From Candidatus Fervidifonticultor sextus (GTDB taxonomy: Bacteria; Sysuimicrobiota; Sysuimicrobiia; Sysuimicrobiales; Humicultoraceae), in the NCBI GenBank assembly GCA_031459875.1, contig JAVKHQ010000017.1, forward strand, positions 1 through 64,000: a DNA stretch of 64,000 nt, written 5' to 3'. The notes beneath the pieces were generated by a model. It was not told the origin of the DNA, did no database searches, and saw only the letters and a program-made list of their open reading frames with translations. Numbering within the stretch: the stretch's first letter is position 1; every line of letters starts with the position of its first letter. The translations under genes were made by a program, and so were the position numbers. Below, piece by piece: positions 37,894-47,916 of this stretch.

Positions 37894-38403
37894 TCATTCC
37901 AGGTCGCGCTTCATATGGTACATGTACCTCGAAAACCCCAGCGCCTCCCAGAACGCCACGGCCTCCTGGTTTCTCACCGCCACGGTGAGTTCCGCGACGG
38001 AGACGCCGGCCTCGCGCATCCACTCCAGCAGGGCCTCGACCAGGCGGCGTCCGATCCCTCGCCGGCGGAACCCCTCGCGGGTGACCACGTCGTGGATATA
38101 GCCGCGCCGCCGTTGCGCGAAGAACGGCGGGAGCAGGGAGATCCGGCCGACGGCAAATCCCAGCAGCCGGTCGCCCTGGACGCCGACCACCGCCAGCGCG
38201 TCATCGCGTCCCAGCAGGGAGCGGATGAAGTGGCGGTATTCGTCCTCCCAGTTCCCGGCCACGGCGAAGGCGTGATCCAGGCGGGCGTGGTGGACCGCCA
38301 GCTGGCCCCAGATCCCGACGATCTCCGGCACATCGTGGATGGTGGCCGGCCGGATCGTGATCTGGTCCGTCGCGTCCACCGGCGCTTTTCGGGGAGATCC
38401 CAT
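37894..38403 (-). CDS. GNAT family N-acetyltransferase
   Basis: TIRPAT..D, GYIHDVV...FRRRGIGRRL, N..AVAFW..LGF. Confidence 0.9.
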   Translation of the reverse strand: MGSPRKAPVDATDQITIRPATIHDVPEIVGIWGQLAVHHARLDHAFAVAGNWEDEYRHFIRSLLGRDDALAVVGVQGDRLLGFAVGRISLLPPFFAQRRRGYIHDVVTREGFRRRGIGRRLVEALLEWMREAGVSVAELTVAVRNQEAVAFWEALGFSRYMYHMKRDLE

Positions 38404-38559
38404 CGACCCGTCCCCTGCGGCCTTTCCCAGAAGGGTTCGGCCGGGCCGCCCGGACTCCTCCGGCCCTGACCTCGTGCGGCGTGCTATGGCGTAGCAGCCA
38501 CCGCCGATGCGCTTCGCGAGCGGTCCTGGGCCGCGCTGGGCTGGGGGGCGCCGCTGCCG

Positions 38560-38760
38560 GTGGCGATGCCCGCAGCGATCGCGACGCTGATGTTGATGGT
38601 CGTCGGAATCCCGCTGGCGGTGCTCCTGCTGCTGGTGCACGTTGTGACACTATTCGTCGGCCATGCGTCGGCCGGCCTGGCCATCGGCCAGCGGCTGGTC
38701 CCCGGGCTGTCCCGGTATGCGGCCGTCGCCATCGGCGACGCCCTGCCGGCATGCCGCTAG
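38560..38760 (+). pseudogene. Fragment of a multi-TM membrane protein (resembles the C-terminus of bactofilin-repeat membrane proteins)
   Basis: LMLMVVGIPLAVLLLLVHVVTLFVG..AGLAIG; no SD and abrupt ends. Confidence 0.35.
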
Positions 38761-39053
38761 CCGCCGGCGATGGCCCCCACCACGTAGAGGGGTTCGGCGC
38801 CGGATGCGACCTGAGCGGGCAGCGGGGTGTCCGGCGGCTCGTGGGAGAGGTCCCGCTGGCAGGCGAAGAACCGCAGGAACGGCCGGCGCTGCCGGGTGGC
38901 GTGGTCGCGGATCGTGCCGCGCAGCACCGGATAGCGGGCCTCCAGCGCGTCGAGGACCGCGCGGAGCGTCACCCGCCCCTCCACGCCCAGCGTCACCTCG
39001 CCGTCAACGCGCGCCAGCGTCCGCAGATGGGCCGGCAGCACGACCCGGATCAT
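38757..39053 (-). CDS. MoaD/ThiS family ubiquitin-like protein
   Basis: [11 protein letters not shown]...[11 protein letters not shown]...GAIAGG C-terminal diglycine. Confidence 0.9.
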   Translation of the reverse strand: MIRVVLPAHLRTLARVDGEVTLGVEGRVTLRAVLDALEARYPVLRGTIRDHATRQRRPFLRFFACQRDLSHEPPDTPLPAQVASGAEPLYVVGAIAGG

Positions 39054-40228
39054 GGCAGCGTCTGGACCTCCACGGACAGCACAGGCGGCAGGTCCCGCAC
39101 GATGGCAGTCCAGCTGTCGCCGGCATCGGCCGACGCGTACACCTGCCCGCCGGTGGTCCCGAAGTACACGCCGCACGGGTCGAGGGTGTCCACGGCCATC
39201 GCCTCGCGCAACACGTTGACGTAGCAGTCGCGCTGCGGCAGGCCCCTGGTGAGGGCCTCCCACTCGCCCCCACCCGTCCGGCTGCGGTAGACGCGCAGTC
39301 TGCCCTCGGGCGGATAGTGCTCGTGGTCGCTCTTGATGGGGACGACGTAGACGGTGTCCGGCTCGTGCGCGTGCACGTCGATTGCGAAGCCGAAGTCGCT
39401 GGGCAGGTTCCCACTGACCTCGCGCCACGACTCGCCGGCATCGTCACTGCGCATGACGTCCCAGTGCTTCTGCATGAACAGCACGCCGGGGCGCCACCGG
39501 TGCATCGCGATGCGGTGGACGCAGTGACCGACCTCGGCATTCGGGTCGGGGATGTACTCGGACTGCAACCCGCGGTTGATGGGGCGCCACGTGGTGCCCG
39601 CATCGTCGGTGCGGAAGGCCCCTGCGGCCGAGATGGCGATGAACATCCGTGCTGGATCCCTCGGATCCAGGAGGATCGTGTGCAGGCACAGCCCGCCGGC
39701 TCCCGGCTGCCAGTGGGGCCCGGAACCGTGACCGCGCAGGCCCGCGAGTTCCTGCCACGTCTGGCCGCCGTCGGTTGAGCGGAACAGGGCGGCGTCTTCG
39801 ACCCCGGCGTAGACGGTGTCGGGATCGCTCGGCGAGGGTTCGAGATGCCAGACCCGCTTGAACTCCCAGGGCCGCTGCGTGCCATCGTACCACTGGTGCG
39901 TGGTAAGCGGCCTGCCGGTTTGAGGCGAGGTGTCGAAGGTGAAGTTGCTGCTTACGCTGCCCGGTGGATCGTACGGCCCCGGGATCTTCTCCCCTCCGGG
40001 CACCTCCCACGTCTTCCCACCGTCGCGCGATCTCTGGATGATCTGTCCGAACCAGCCGCTGGACTGCGAGGCATAGAGCCGGTTGGGATCGGCCGATGAG
40101 CCTTTGACATGGTAGATCTCCCAGCCGCCAAAGAGCGGGCCACTGACGTCCCATTGCCTCCGTGTGCCATCCGACGAGAGGATGAACGCGCCTTTCCGCG
40201 TCCCCACCAGGACCCGTGCCCTGCTCAT
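39050..40228 (-). CDS. BNR/Asp-box beta-propeller protein (exo-alpha-sialidase-like)
   Basis: VGTRKG N-terminus; repeats [30 protein letters not shown]. Confidence 0.9.
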   Translation of the reverse strand: MSRARVLVGTRKGAFILSSDGTRRQWDVSGPLFGGWEIYHVKGSSADPNRLYASQSSGWFGQIIQRSRDGGKTWEVPGGEKIPGPYDPPGSVSSNFTFDTSPQTGRPLTTHQWYDGTQRPWEFKRVWHLEPSPSDPDTVYAGVEDAALFRSTDGGQTWQELAGLRGHGSGPHWQPGAGGLCLHTILLDPRDPARMFIAISAAGAFRTDDAGTTWRPINRGLQSEYIPDPNAEVGHCVHRIAMHRWRPGVLFMQKHWDVMRSDDAGESWREVSGNLPSDFGFAIDVHAHEPDTVYVVPIKSDHEHYPPEGRLRVYRSRTGGGEWEALTRGLPQRDCYVNVLREAMAVDTLDPCGVYFGTTGGQVYASADAGDSWTAIVRDLPPVLSVEVQTLP

Positions 40229-40462
40229 CGGTAGACCTCCCCTGAGGTTCCTGGGTGCCTGAGGCAGCTCCCCAGCGCATAGCTGCCGGCCGACGAGATC
40301 CTGCGTCCCCTCCCACGCGGGGGAGGCGGCTTCGACTTTCCGACGGCCGGCCGCCGTTCGTTACAGGGGACGCGTGCTGACGTCCTCCGATCGGGCGGCG
40401 CAAATCCAGCCGTTGCGCCTGAGCAAGGCGGCACCCCACGTCGGCGTCGTGCGTGCAGGGCT

Positions 40463-40490
40463 AGTGTATATACACACAAGATATTGTCAA
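40463..40490 (-). promoter_or_regulatory. TTGACA-N16-TACACT promoter overlapped by the perfect palindrome GTGTATATACAC
   Basis: AT-rich island in GC-rich DNA; palindrome at 40464-40475. Confidence 0.65.
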
Positions 40491-40677
40491 GTACCTCCGC
40501 CGCCTTGCCGCCTGCGATGGACCCCCGACGCTCCGGGGGACACTGCGGCTCAGAGGGGGACGACGCCTGCGCGGCGTGCTGGACCTAAACCCCCGCAGCG
40601 TCACCCGCGTCTACGTGGTAAACGGTAGACGACGGGGCACTGGAACCGCAGGCGACCGGGCAGGAGGGTGACGAGCC

Positions 40678-42144
40678 GTGCAGCAGGCGCTCGCCAGGTT
40701 CACCCCATCGGCGCACGATCCCTGGGATCGCGCGAAGGCCGCGCACCTGCTCAACCGGGCCGGCTTCGGCGGCCGGCCGGACGAGGTCGAGCGGGTCGTC
40801 CGGATGGGGTTGGACGCGTCGGTCGACGACCTGATCCACTTCGACCGCGTCCCCGAGAACTTCCCCCCGCCGGACTTCTCGAGCCTGCGCACGCTGTGGG
40901 AATCCGTGGCCACCCTCTACCGGAACCGGGCTCCGGAGCGGCAGCGCTTCGAGGCCCGGGTGATCGCCCAGCGCGCGGACAACGAGAAACTGGTGGAGTT
41001 GCGGCACTGGTGGATCGCGCGCATGATCCAGACCCGCCGGCCCCTCCAGGAGAAGATGGTCCTCTTCTGGCACGGCCTCCTGGTCTCGGGCCGACCCGAC
41101 GCGCGGCTGACCGAGAACCTCTACGCGCAGAACGAGCTCTTTCGCCGGCATGCCTTGGGCAACTTCAAGGCGCTGGTCCTCGCCATCTGCAAGGACCCGG
41201 CGATGCTGGAGTACCTGGACAATGAGAGCAACCGAAAGGGCCGGCCCAACGAGAACTTTGCCCGCGAACTGCTGGAACTGTTCACAATGGGCGTCGGCCA
41301 CTACACCGAGCGGGACGTCAAGGAGGCCGCCCGGGCGTTCACCGGCTGGACCCGTCGGGGGTTCGAGTTCTTCTTCGACGCCCGGCAGCACGACGACGGC
41401 GTCAAGACCTTCCTGGGCCGCACCGGCCCCTGGGACGGCGGGGACATCGTCGACATCATCTTCGAGCAGCCGGCAACCGCGCGCTTCCTGCCCCGGCGCC
41501 TGTTCGAGGCCTTCGCCTACCTGCGGCCCGAGGAAGAGCTGGTCGAGGACCTGGCCAGGATCTTCCGCGACAGTCACTTCGAGGTGGCGCCCGTCGTTCG
41601 CGCGATCCTGACCTCGAAGGCGTTCTACTCCCCCAAAGCCATGCGGACGCAGGTGAAGAGCCCGGCCCAGCTGGTCATCGGCACCGCCCGCCTGCTGGAT
41701 CTGGACCCCGCGCAGGTGCCGCTGCTGGCCCGGGCGATGGATCGGGCGGGGCAGTCGCTCTTCTTCCCGCCCAACGTGGGCGGATGGCCACGCGGGGAAT
41801 CGTGGATCACCACCGCGACGATGCTGGCCCGCTACAACCTCTCAGGCCTCGTGCTCACCGGGGGCGCCCCGGGCATCGCCAGGCGGCCGGCGGCGCCGCC
41901 ACCACTGCCGCCGGCCGCGGTGAGGATCGCCGACGGCGCGCGGACCGCGGGGGAGGTCGTCGACCGGCTGGCCGACGCGCTGGTCTTCGGGGGGCCAGAC
42001 GAGCGGCGTCGGGGCGCGCTGGTCAGAGCGCTGGGCGCCTCCGCCCCGGATGCGCCGTTTGCGCTGAGCAGTCCCGAGGCGGAGGCGAAGTTCCGCAGCA
42101 TGCTGCACCTGCTGATGTGCAGTCCCGAGTACCAGCTGGCCTGA
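40678..42144 (+). CDS. DUF1800 family protein
   Basis: AHLLNRAGFG, LQEKMVLFWHG, DPAML.YLDN, PNENFARELLELFT.G, PPNVGGW, SPEYQL. Confidence 0.93.
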   Translation: MQQALARFTPSAHDPWDRAKAAHLLNRAGFGGRPDEVERVVRMGLDASVDDLIHFDRVPENFPPPDFSSLRTLWESVATLYRNRAPERQRFEARVIAQRADNEKLVELRHWWIARMIQTRRPLQEKMVLFWHGLLVSGRPDARLTENLYAQNELFRRHALGNFKALVLAICKDPAMLEYLDNESNRKGRPNENFARELLELFTMGVGHYTERDVKEAARAFTGWTRRGFEFFFDARQHDDGVKTFLGRTGPWDGGDIVDIIFEQPATARFLPRRLFEAFAYLRPEEELVEDLARIFRDSHFEVAPVVRAILTSKAFYSPKAMRTQVKSPAQLVIGTARLLDLDPAQVPLLARAMDRAGQSLFFPPNVGGWPRGESWITTATMLARYNLSGLVLTGGAPGIARRPAAPPPLPPAAVRIADGARTAGEVVDRLADALVFGGPDERRRGALVRALGASAPDAPFALSSPEAEAKFRSMLHLLMCSPEYQLA

Positions 42145-42154
42145 GGAGACCGCC

Positions 42155-43420
42155 ATGAACCAGGGGATGACCCGACGCGAGTTCCTCCACAAGGGCCTGA
42201 CCATCGTCGCGATGGGGGCGACCGCACCCAGTTTCCTGACCCGCACCGCGCTGGCGATGACCAACCCGTGGGACCTCGCCCAGGTGCAGAGCCGCCCGGG
42301 GGTGCCCGACGACACCATCCTGGTCGTCGTGCAGATGGGCGGCGGCAACGACGGGCTGAACACGATCGTTCCCTTCCACGACGACGCCTACTACCGCGCC
42401 CGTCCGCGCCTGGCGGTCCCGAAGCAGGAGGTCATCCGCCTCACCGACGAGGTGGGGCTGCATCCCAGGATGGCGAAGTTCAGGGAACTCTACGATCGGG
42501 GCGCGGCGGCCGTCATCTTAGGCGTCGGGTACCCCAACCCCAGCCGGTCCCACTTCAAGTCCATGGAGGTCTGGCACACGGCCGATCCCGAGGGCCGCGT
42601 CCTGCGGGTGGGATGGATCGGCCGCTACTTCGACAGCAACTGCCCGGTCTGCGAGCAGCCCACCGTCGGGGTCAACATCGGGCCCTCGATGCCGCTGGCG
42701 ATGCGCTCGGCGGGCGGTCAGGGCGTGACCCTGGAGACCCCTGAGACGTTCCAGTGGATGCCGAGCCTGGAGGGCATCGGGGCGCGTGAGGAACTGGAAC
42801 TCTTCCGGATGCTCAACGCCCCGGCTCCTAATGAGCCCGGGACCATTGACTTCCTTCGGCACACGGCGATGAACGCCGTGCTCTCCTCGGAGCGGGTCCG
42901 CGAAGCGGTCCGCCGGTACCGGGGCGGGGTCGTGTACCCCACCCACCGGTTCGCCGCCAGCCTGCGGCTGATCGCCCAGATGATCGCCGGCGGCCTGCCC
43001 ACCAGGGTCTACTACGCCCACATGACCGGCTTCGACACCCACGCCAACCAGCAGGGTGTCCACGACGCGCTGCTGGAGCAGTTATCCACCGGTGTGGAGG
43101 CGTTCTACCGTGACCTCGAATCCCAGGGGAACGCCGACCGCGTGCTGGTCGTGGCCTTCTCGGAGTTCGGCCGTCGCGTGGCGGAGAACGGCAGCGGCGG
43201 CACCGACCACGGCACTGCGGCCCCGATGTTCGTCTTCGGGAAGCGGATCCAGCCCGGCCTCCACGGCCGGCAGCCCAGCCTGACCGATCTGGCCGACGGG
43301 GACCTCAAGCACGCCGTGGACTTCCGGTCGGTCTACGCCACGGTCCTGGACCGATGGCTGGGCGCCGACCCTGCCAAGATCCTGGGGGCGGACTTCGAGC
43401 GGGTACCGTTTCTGGCATAG
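42155..43420 (+). CDS. DUF1501 family protein with Tat signal
   Basis: TRREFL Tat motif, GGNDGLN, RSHF, GFDTHA, SEFGRR..EN..GTDHG, DFRSVY. Confidence 0.93.
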   Translation: MNQGMTRREFLHKGLTIVAMGATAPSFLTRTALAMTNPWDLAQVQSRPGVPDDTILVVVQMGGGNDGLNTIVPFHDDAYYRARPRLAVPKQEVIRLTDEVGLHPRMAKFRELYDRGAAAVILGVGYPNPSRSHFKSMEVWHTADPEGRVLRVGWIGRYFDSNCPVCEQPTVGVNIGPSMPLAMRSAGGQGVTLETPETFQWMPSLEGIGAREELELFRMLNAPAPNEPGTIDFLRHTAMNAVLSSERVREAVRRYRGGVVYPTHRFAASLRLIAQMIAGGLPTRVYYAHMTGFDTHANQQGVHDALLEQLSTGVEAFYRDLESQGNADRVLVVAFSEFGRRVAENGSGGTDHGTAAPMFVFGKRIQPGLHGRQPSLTDLADGDLKHAVDFRSVYATVLDRWLGADPAKILGADFERVPFLA

Positions 43421-43484
43421 CGGCCTCCTTGTCGGGACCGTCAGCGCGGCGGGGGCTCCTGCCCCCGCCGCCGAACGCTTCCAT

Positions 43485-44336
43485 ATGAACCCTTCCAGCA
43501 CGCTGTCAGACACCACCCTGTTCGCGCTGGACGTCGCGCGCGAGGCCGCCGACCTGGTCATGAAGATCCTCCCGGCCTCCCGGGCCGACAAGGAGGTCCG
43601 GCGCAAGTCGGCGTCCGACCTCGTCACGCGGGCCGACCACGAGGCGGAGCGCCTCATCGCCGACCGCATCCGCACGCGGTTTCCCGACCACGACCTGCTG
43701 GGCGAAGAAGGAGGCGCGGCGTGGGGGTCTGCAGGGCCTGCGGGTGGGCTGGCGGTCGCCGCGCGGAGGGCGGGGGACCGGCCGCGGTGGATCATCGACC
43801 CCCTCGATGGGACGGCCAACTTCGCGCACGGGATCCCGTGGTTTGGCATCTCGCTCGCGCTGGAAGAGCGCGGGGCCGTGCAGGCGGGAGTCGTCGCCGT
43901 TCCGCCGCTGGGTGAGGTCTTCGTGGCCGAGCGGGGCCGGGGCGCGTTTCAGGTCGGGAAGAACGGCACGCTGATCCGCCTGAATCCCTCCGAGACGGCC
44001 GACCTCGGCGCCGCCCTGGTCGCCACCGGCCTGCCGCGCGAGCCCGAACGCAGCCGTCATGTGCCCACCATCGCCCCGGTGATGCTCCGCGCGCTGGAAG
44101 TGCGAATCATGGGCGCGGCCGCCATCCACCTGGCCTACGTCGCGGCCGGGCGGCTCGACGCCTTCTGGGAGCCCGGACTGGCGCCCTGGGACCTGGCCGC
44201 AGGGCTCCTGCTGGTGGAGGAGGCCGGCGGCCGGATCAGCGACTGGAGCGGGAGGCCGCTGCAGCGCCTGGGCGGCGAGGTGCTGGTCTCCAACGGTCCG
44301 CTGCACCAGGCGATGGTGGACCTGCTGCACCGCTAG
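43485..44336 (+). CDS. suhB: Inositol monophosphatase family protein (SuhB-like)
   Basis: DLVT.AD, GEE, WIIDPLDGTANF, PWDLAAG. Confidence 0.88.
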   Translation: MNPSSTLSDTTLFALDVAREAADLVMKILPASRADKEVRRKSASDLVTRADHEAERLIADRIRTRFPDHDLLGEEGGAAWGSAGPAGGLAVAARRAGDRPRWIIDPLDGTANFAHGIPWFGISLALEERGAVQAGVVAVPPLGEVFVAERGRGAFQVGKNGTLIRLNPSETADLGAALVATGLPREPERSRHVPTIAPVMLRALEVRIMGAAAIHLAYVAAGRLDAFWEPGLAPWDLAAGLLLVEEAGGRISDWSGRPLQRLGGEVLVSNGPLHQAMVDLLHR

Positions 44337-45565
44337 TCGAGCAGCCCGCGGGCGACCGAGGCGAATTGGATCACACCCACGACGGTCAGGACCGCATAGG
44401 CGGCGCCGAACCCGAGCCGCATGGCCGGACTGGGTTCCCCCAGGACCGTGGAGAACAGGCCGGGATCCGAGAGCACAGCCACCCATGCGTGGATCGCCGC
44501 GAGCAGCGGCAGGGCCACCACCACCAGGGCCCACCAGCGTCCGGCCGTGGTCAGGGGGCCTGCGATCCACGAGGGGGTGATGGCGTCGGGATCGGCGGCG
44601 CCCAGCAGACCGCGCAGCAGCAGGATCCTCCGCATGCGCAGCAGCACGGTCAGGGCCAGTCCCGCCGCGACCAGCGGGTAGATGCGGGCCCACGCGTCCG
44701 GGGCCAGGGGAATCCACGCCGTGCGCGCCGTGAACAGCGCGAGCCGCTCACCCTGCTCGCGCTGTCTCGCCGCCAGGATCGCCAGCCGGGCCTGCTGCGC
44801 ATTCCGCCGGCTCCTCAGGCCGACCGCGGCGTCGGCGAGGCTGCGCTCGAGCGAGTGCACGGCTTGATCGAGCGCCGTCGCCACCTGCTCGCTGCGGGCA
44901 GACGCCGCCGCGAACGGGAGGCCGGGACCGTTGAGGCGCTGCCAGAACGCCGGATCCGACGCAAAGGCCTCCCGCAGAACCTCGTTGAGGACCAGGACGT
45001 GGCGGCCGACCCCCCCCTGGGCCGCCCCGAGGGCGTCCTCGATCTCCACAGGAGCGGGCCGCACGCGCCGCAGCGGCTCCAGCGCCGAATCCAGCACCGA
45101 CGCCAGCGCCTCGGTCTGCCGGCCGATCTCCCGGCGGATCGCCTCTTCAACCGTGACGGCTTCGTCTCCACCCTGGCCCGGCGCCCCGCCGGTCCGCGGG
45201 ACCGTGATGGTCGCCTTGTAGGGGTCGGTACCCGAGGCGGCGACGCTGCCGCGGGCGACCAGGTTGCCGATCGCACGCCGGAGTTCGTCCGGCGCGGCGT
45301 CCAGCGCGCGCCGGAACTGGTCCAGCGCCGCGGTCGAGGCGGCCACCGCCTTCTGGGCGTCGTCCGCGGCGGCGATCTGCGCTTCCGTCTGGCTGACCGC
45401 CGCAGCCAGCGCGGGGGCTGCGCTCCGCAACTGCACGAAGGGCAGCAGCACGAACAGGTGCAGATACGCCAGGACGAGCAGGACGGCGGCGAAGAAGAGG
45501 TGAAAGGCCCGCACCTCCGACGCGTAGGCGGCGAGGGTGCGGTCGCGGCCAGAGGTCTTCGTCAC
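44333..45565 (-). CDS. Hypothetical membrane protein (1 N-terminal TM, helical/coiled-coil region, 3 C-terminal TMs)
   Basis: GTG start after GGGGG; hydrophobic segments FHLFFAAVLLVLAYLHLFVLLPF and the C-terminal helices. Confidence 0.65.
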   Translation of the reverse strand: MTKTSGRDRTLAAYASEVRAFHLFFAAVLLVLAYLHLFVLLPFVQLRSAAPALAAAVSQTEAQIAAADDAQKAVAASTAALDQFRRALDAAPDELRRAIGNLVARGSVAASGTDPYKATITVPRTGGAPGQGGDEAVTVEEAIRREIGRQTEALASVLDSALEPLRRVRPAPVEIEDALGAAQGGVGRHVLVLNEVLREAFASDPAFWQRLNGPGLPFAAASARSEQVATALDQAVHSLERSLADAAVGLRSRRNAQQARLAILAARQREQGERLALFTARTAWIPLAPDAWARIYPLVAAGLALTVLLRMRRILLLRGLLGAADPDAITPSWIAGPLTTAGRWWALVVVALPLLAAIHAWVAVLSDPGLFSTVLGEPSPAMRLGFGAAYAVLTVVGVIQFASVARGLLD

Positions 45566-45711
45566 ACGTCCCCCGGGAGGGTGCTCCACGCGCGTGAAGT
45601 TTTGGCTATCGCGGGCGGCGATGCCTGCCTGGAGGGGTGCTGGCGCGGCGCCGCCGCATGGGCGGCAGGCGGGGTAGGGGTCGGGATCCTCCGGGTGCCA
45701 GCCACCTGGCC

Positions 45712-45736
45712 ATAGACCGACGCGTCGGTCTATAAT
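45712..45736 (+). promoter_or_regulatory. Perfect 22-bp palindrome ATAGACCGACGCGTCGGTCTAT overlapping TATAAT, candidate TetR operator
   Basis: Exact inverted repeat 45712-45733; TATAAT 45731-45736 lies 6 nt before the tetR GTG. Confidence 0.85.
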
Positions 45737-45742
45737 GGGGCC

Positions 45743-46348
45743 GTGATGCCGCCAGCGGCGAGGCGCAGCATTGTCGAGTCCAGCACCCGCGAGCGCCTTC
45801 TCCAGGCGGCCATGGATGTCTTCGCCGCACGCGGATACCACGGCACGACGGTGGACGACATCGTGGGTGCCTCGGAGACGTCCAAGGGCGCATTCTACCA
45901 CTACTTCCCAAGCAAGCAGGGCATCTTTTTGAGCCTCCTCGACCGGCTGGCCGAGATGGTCGAATCGAGCGTCGAGGCGGCCATCGGCGCCCGGGAGGGG
46001 GCCCTGGCCAAGGTCGAGGCGGCGCTGCGGGTCGTGCTGGAGGTGGCCTCTGAGCACCGCGACCTCGCCCGCATCCTGCTCATTGAGTCCGCGGCGCTGG
46101 GCCCCGAGTTCGAGGAGAGCCGCATCGGCATTCACCGGCGATTCGCCGCCCTGATCCGGCGCCACCTGGACCGTGCGGTCGCCGAGCGGGCGATCCCTCC
46201 CCAGGACACGCAGACCGCTGCTACGGCCTGGATCGGCGCCATCAACGAGGTCCTCACGCAAGAGCTTGCCCGCGGCGGAGACCTGATGGCCACGCTGCCG
46301 GCGCTGAGGACGCTGCTGCTCCGCAGCATCGGAGCGAAGGCCGAATGA
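45743..46348 (+). CDS. TetR/AcrR family transcriptional regulator heading the men operon
   Basis: TRERLLQAA..VFA..GY..TTVDDI...TSKGAFYHYFPSK; ATGA overlap with menF. Confidence 0.93.
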   Translation: MMPPAARRSIVESSTRERLLQAAMDVFAARGYHGTTVDDIVGASETSKGAFYHYFPSKQGIFLSLLDRLAEMVESSVEAAIGAREGALAKVEAALRVVLEVASEHRDLARILLIESAALGPEFEESRIGIHRRFAALIRRHLDRAVAERAIPPQDTQTAATAWIGAINEVLTQELARGGDLMATLPALRTLLLRSIGAKAE

Positions 46349-47916
46349 CCCCGCGTGATCTGCGATCCCCTGCCGCCGCGGTGTGGCTCGATGATCCCGC
46401 GGCGGGCCTGCACCTGATCGGCCCGCGGCTGCGCCGCGCCGCGGCCGCCGCCCGCCGGCGGGCGGCGGCCCTGCAGCGTCCGGTGGTCGCCTGGACGGGC
46501 GCGCGGGCGCCGCTGATGGACCCGCTGGACCTCCTGGCCCTCGACCCGGTCCGCGCCCACGACCCCGTGCTCTTCGCCCGGCCCGCCGGGTCGTTCAGCC
46601 TCCTCGGGATCGGCAGCGCATGGGGGTTCTCCGGCAGCGGTCCTGATCGCTTCACGCGTGCCCGCCTCGCCTGGGAGGCCCTCGTGGAAGACGCCGTCGG
46701 AGAGGCCGCCGGCGACGATGAGAGCCGCGGCGCCGTGCCGGCCGGGGCGGCGGACGCCTGGGGAGCAGGCCCGGTGCTTGCGGGCGGGTTCTCCTTCGTG
46801 TCCGTGCCCGGTGAAGGACCGCCATGGACGGGGTTCCCTGGAGCGTCGCTGCGGCTCCCGCGCGTGGCCGTGGCCGCCGTCGGAGGTGCGTGTTGGGTCA
46901 CGCTGGCCGTGGTGGCCCGACCCGACGCCTCTACCGCCGTGATCGACGGCGAGGTGGACGCATGCATCCACCTCGTGAAGGCTCTGGTGCACTCCGGCAC
47001 AGATCGGGCCGCCCGCCCCGGTGCATCGTGCGGGAGCCCGCCGCCGGCCGAGATCGTCTGCGAGGAACGCCCGCCGGCCGAGGTCTGGAAGGCCACCGTG
47101 GCCTCGGCTACCCGGGCCGTTAGAAACGGCGCGCTGGAGAAGGTCGTGGTCGCCCGTGCGCTGTGGGTGCGCGGCGGTCCCTTCGACCCCGCAGACACGC
47201 TCCGCCGGCTGCGCGACGGCTATCCCACCTGCACGCTGTTTGCCGTCGTCCGCGACGGACGCTGCTTCCTCGGCGCGACCCCGGAGCGCCTGGTCCGCGT
47301 GTGCGGCGGACAGGTCAGCGCCATGGCCCTGGCGGGATCTGCGCCGCGCGGGGCGACCGAGGACGAGGACCGGCGGCTGGGCGAGATGCTGCTGGCCAGC
47401 CCGAAGGATCGCATCGAGCACGCGGTGGTGGTGGACGCCCTGCGGGATGCGATCGCCGAGATGTGCGGGCAGGTCTCGGTGGCCGCCTCGCCTTCGCTGT
47501 TCAAGGTCGCCAACGTGCAGCACCTCGTCACGCCGATTTCCGCGCGGCGGCAGGACCATACCACGGTGCTGGACCTGGCGGGGCGGATGCATCCCACGCC
47601 GGCGGTCGGTGGCGTCCCCCGCGACGACGCACTGGCGTGGCTGCGCCGGCACGAGGGGCTCGACCGCGGCTGGTACGCGGGACCGGTGGGGTGGATGAAC
47701 CGCAGCGGCGAGGGCGAGTTCGCCGTCGCGATCCGGTGCGCACTGTTGCACCCGGAAGGCGCGACCCTCTTCACCGGGTGTGGGATCGTGGCGGATTCCG
47801 ACCCCGACCAGGAGTACGCGGAATCCTGCCTGAAACTGCGGCCGATGCTGGCGGCCCTGGGGGCGGGGGCGCGTGACCCCGCGCCCTCGGGGGGCCGGGG
47901 GTGGTCCGTGCCGTGA
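46345..47916 (+). CDS. menF: Isochorismate synthase
   Basis: KVVVAR, GATPERL, ALAGS, KDRIEH, HPTPAVGG, DRGWYAG, GCGIV..S...E. Confidence 0.92.
   Translation: MTPRDLRSPAAAVWLDDPAAGLHLIGPRLRRAAAAARRRAAALQRPVVAWTGARAPLMDPLDLLALDPVRAHDPVLFARPAGSFSLLGIGSAWGFSGSGPDRFTRARLAWEALVEDAVGEAAGDDESRGAVPAGAADAWGAGPVLAGGFSFVSVPGEGPPWTGFPGASLRLPRVAVAAVGGACWVTLAVVARPDASTAVIDGEVDACIHLVKALVHSGTDRAARPGASCGSPPPAEIVCEERPPAEVWKATVASATRAVRNGALEKVVVARALWVRGGPFDPADTLRRLRDGYPTCTLFAVVRDGRCFLGATPERLVRVCGGQVSAMALAGSAPRGATEDEDRRLGEMLLASPKDRIEHAVVVDALRDAIAEMCGQVSVAASPSLFKVANVQHLVTPISARRQDHTTVLDLAGRMHPTPAVGGVPRDDALAWLRRHEGLDRGWYAGPVGWMNRSGEGEFAVAIRCALLHPEGATLFTGCGIVADSDPDQEYAESCLKLRPMLAALGAGARDPAPSGGRGWSVP

Noticed and set aside
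43446..43471. Intrinsic terminator after DUF1501
   Set aside because: GC hairpin has no U-tract and coincides with the putative suhB promoter; ambiguous
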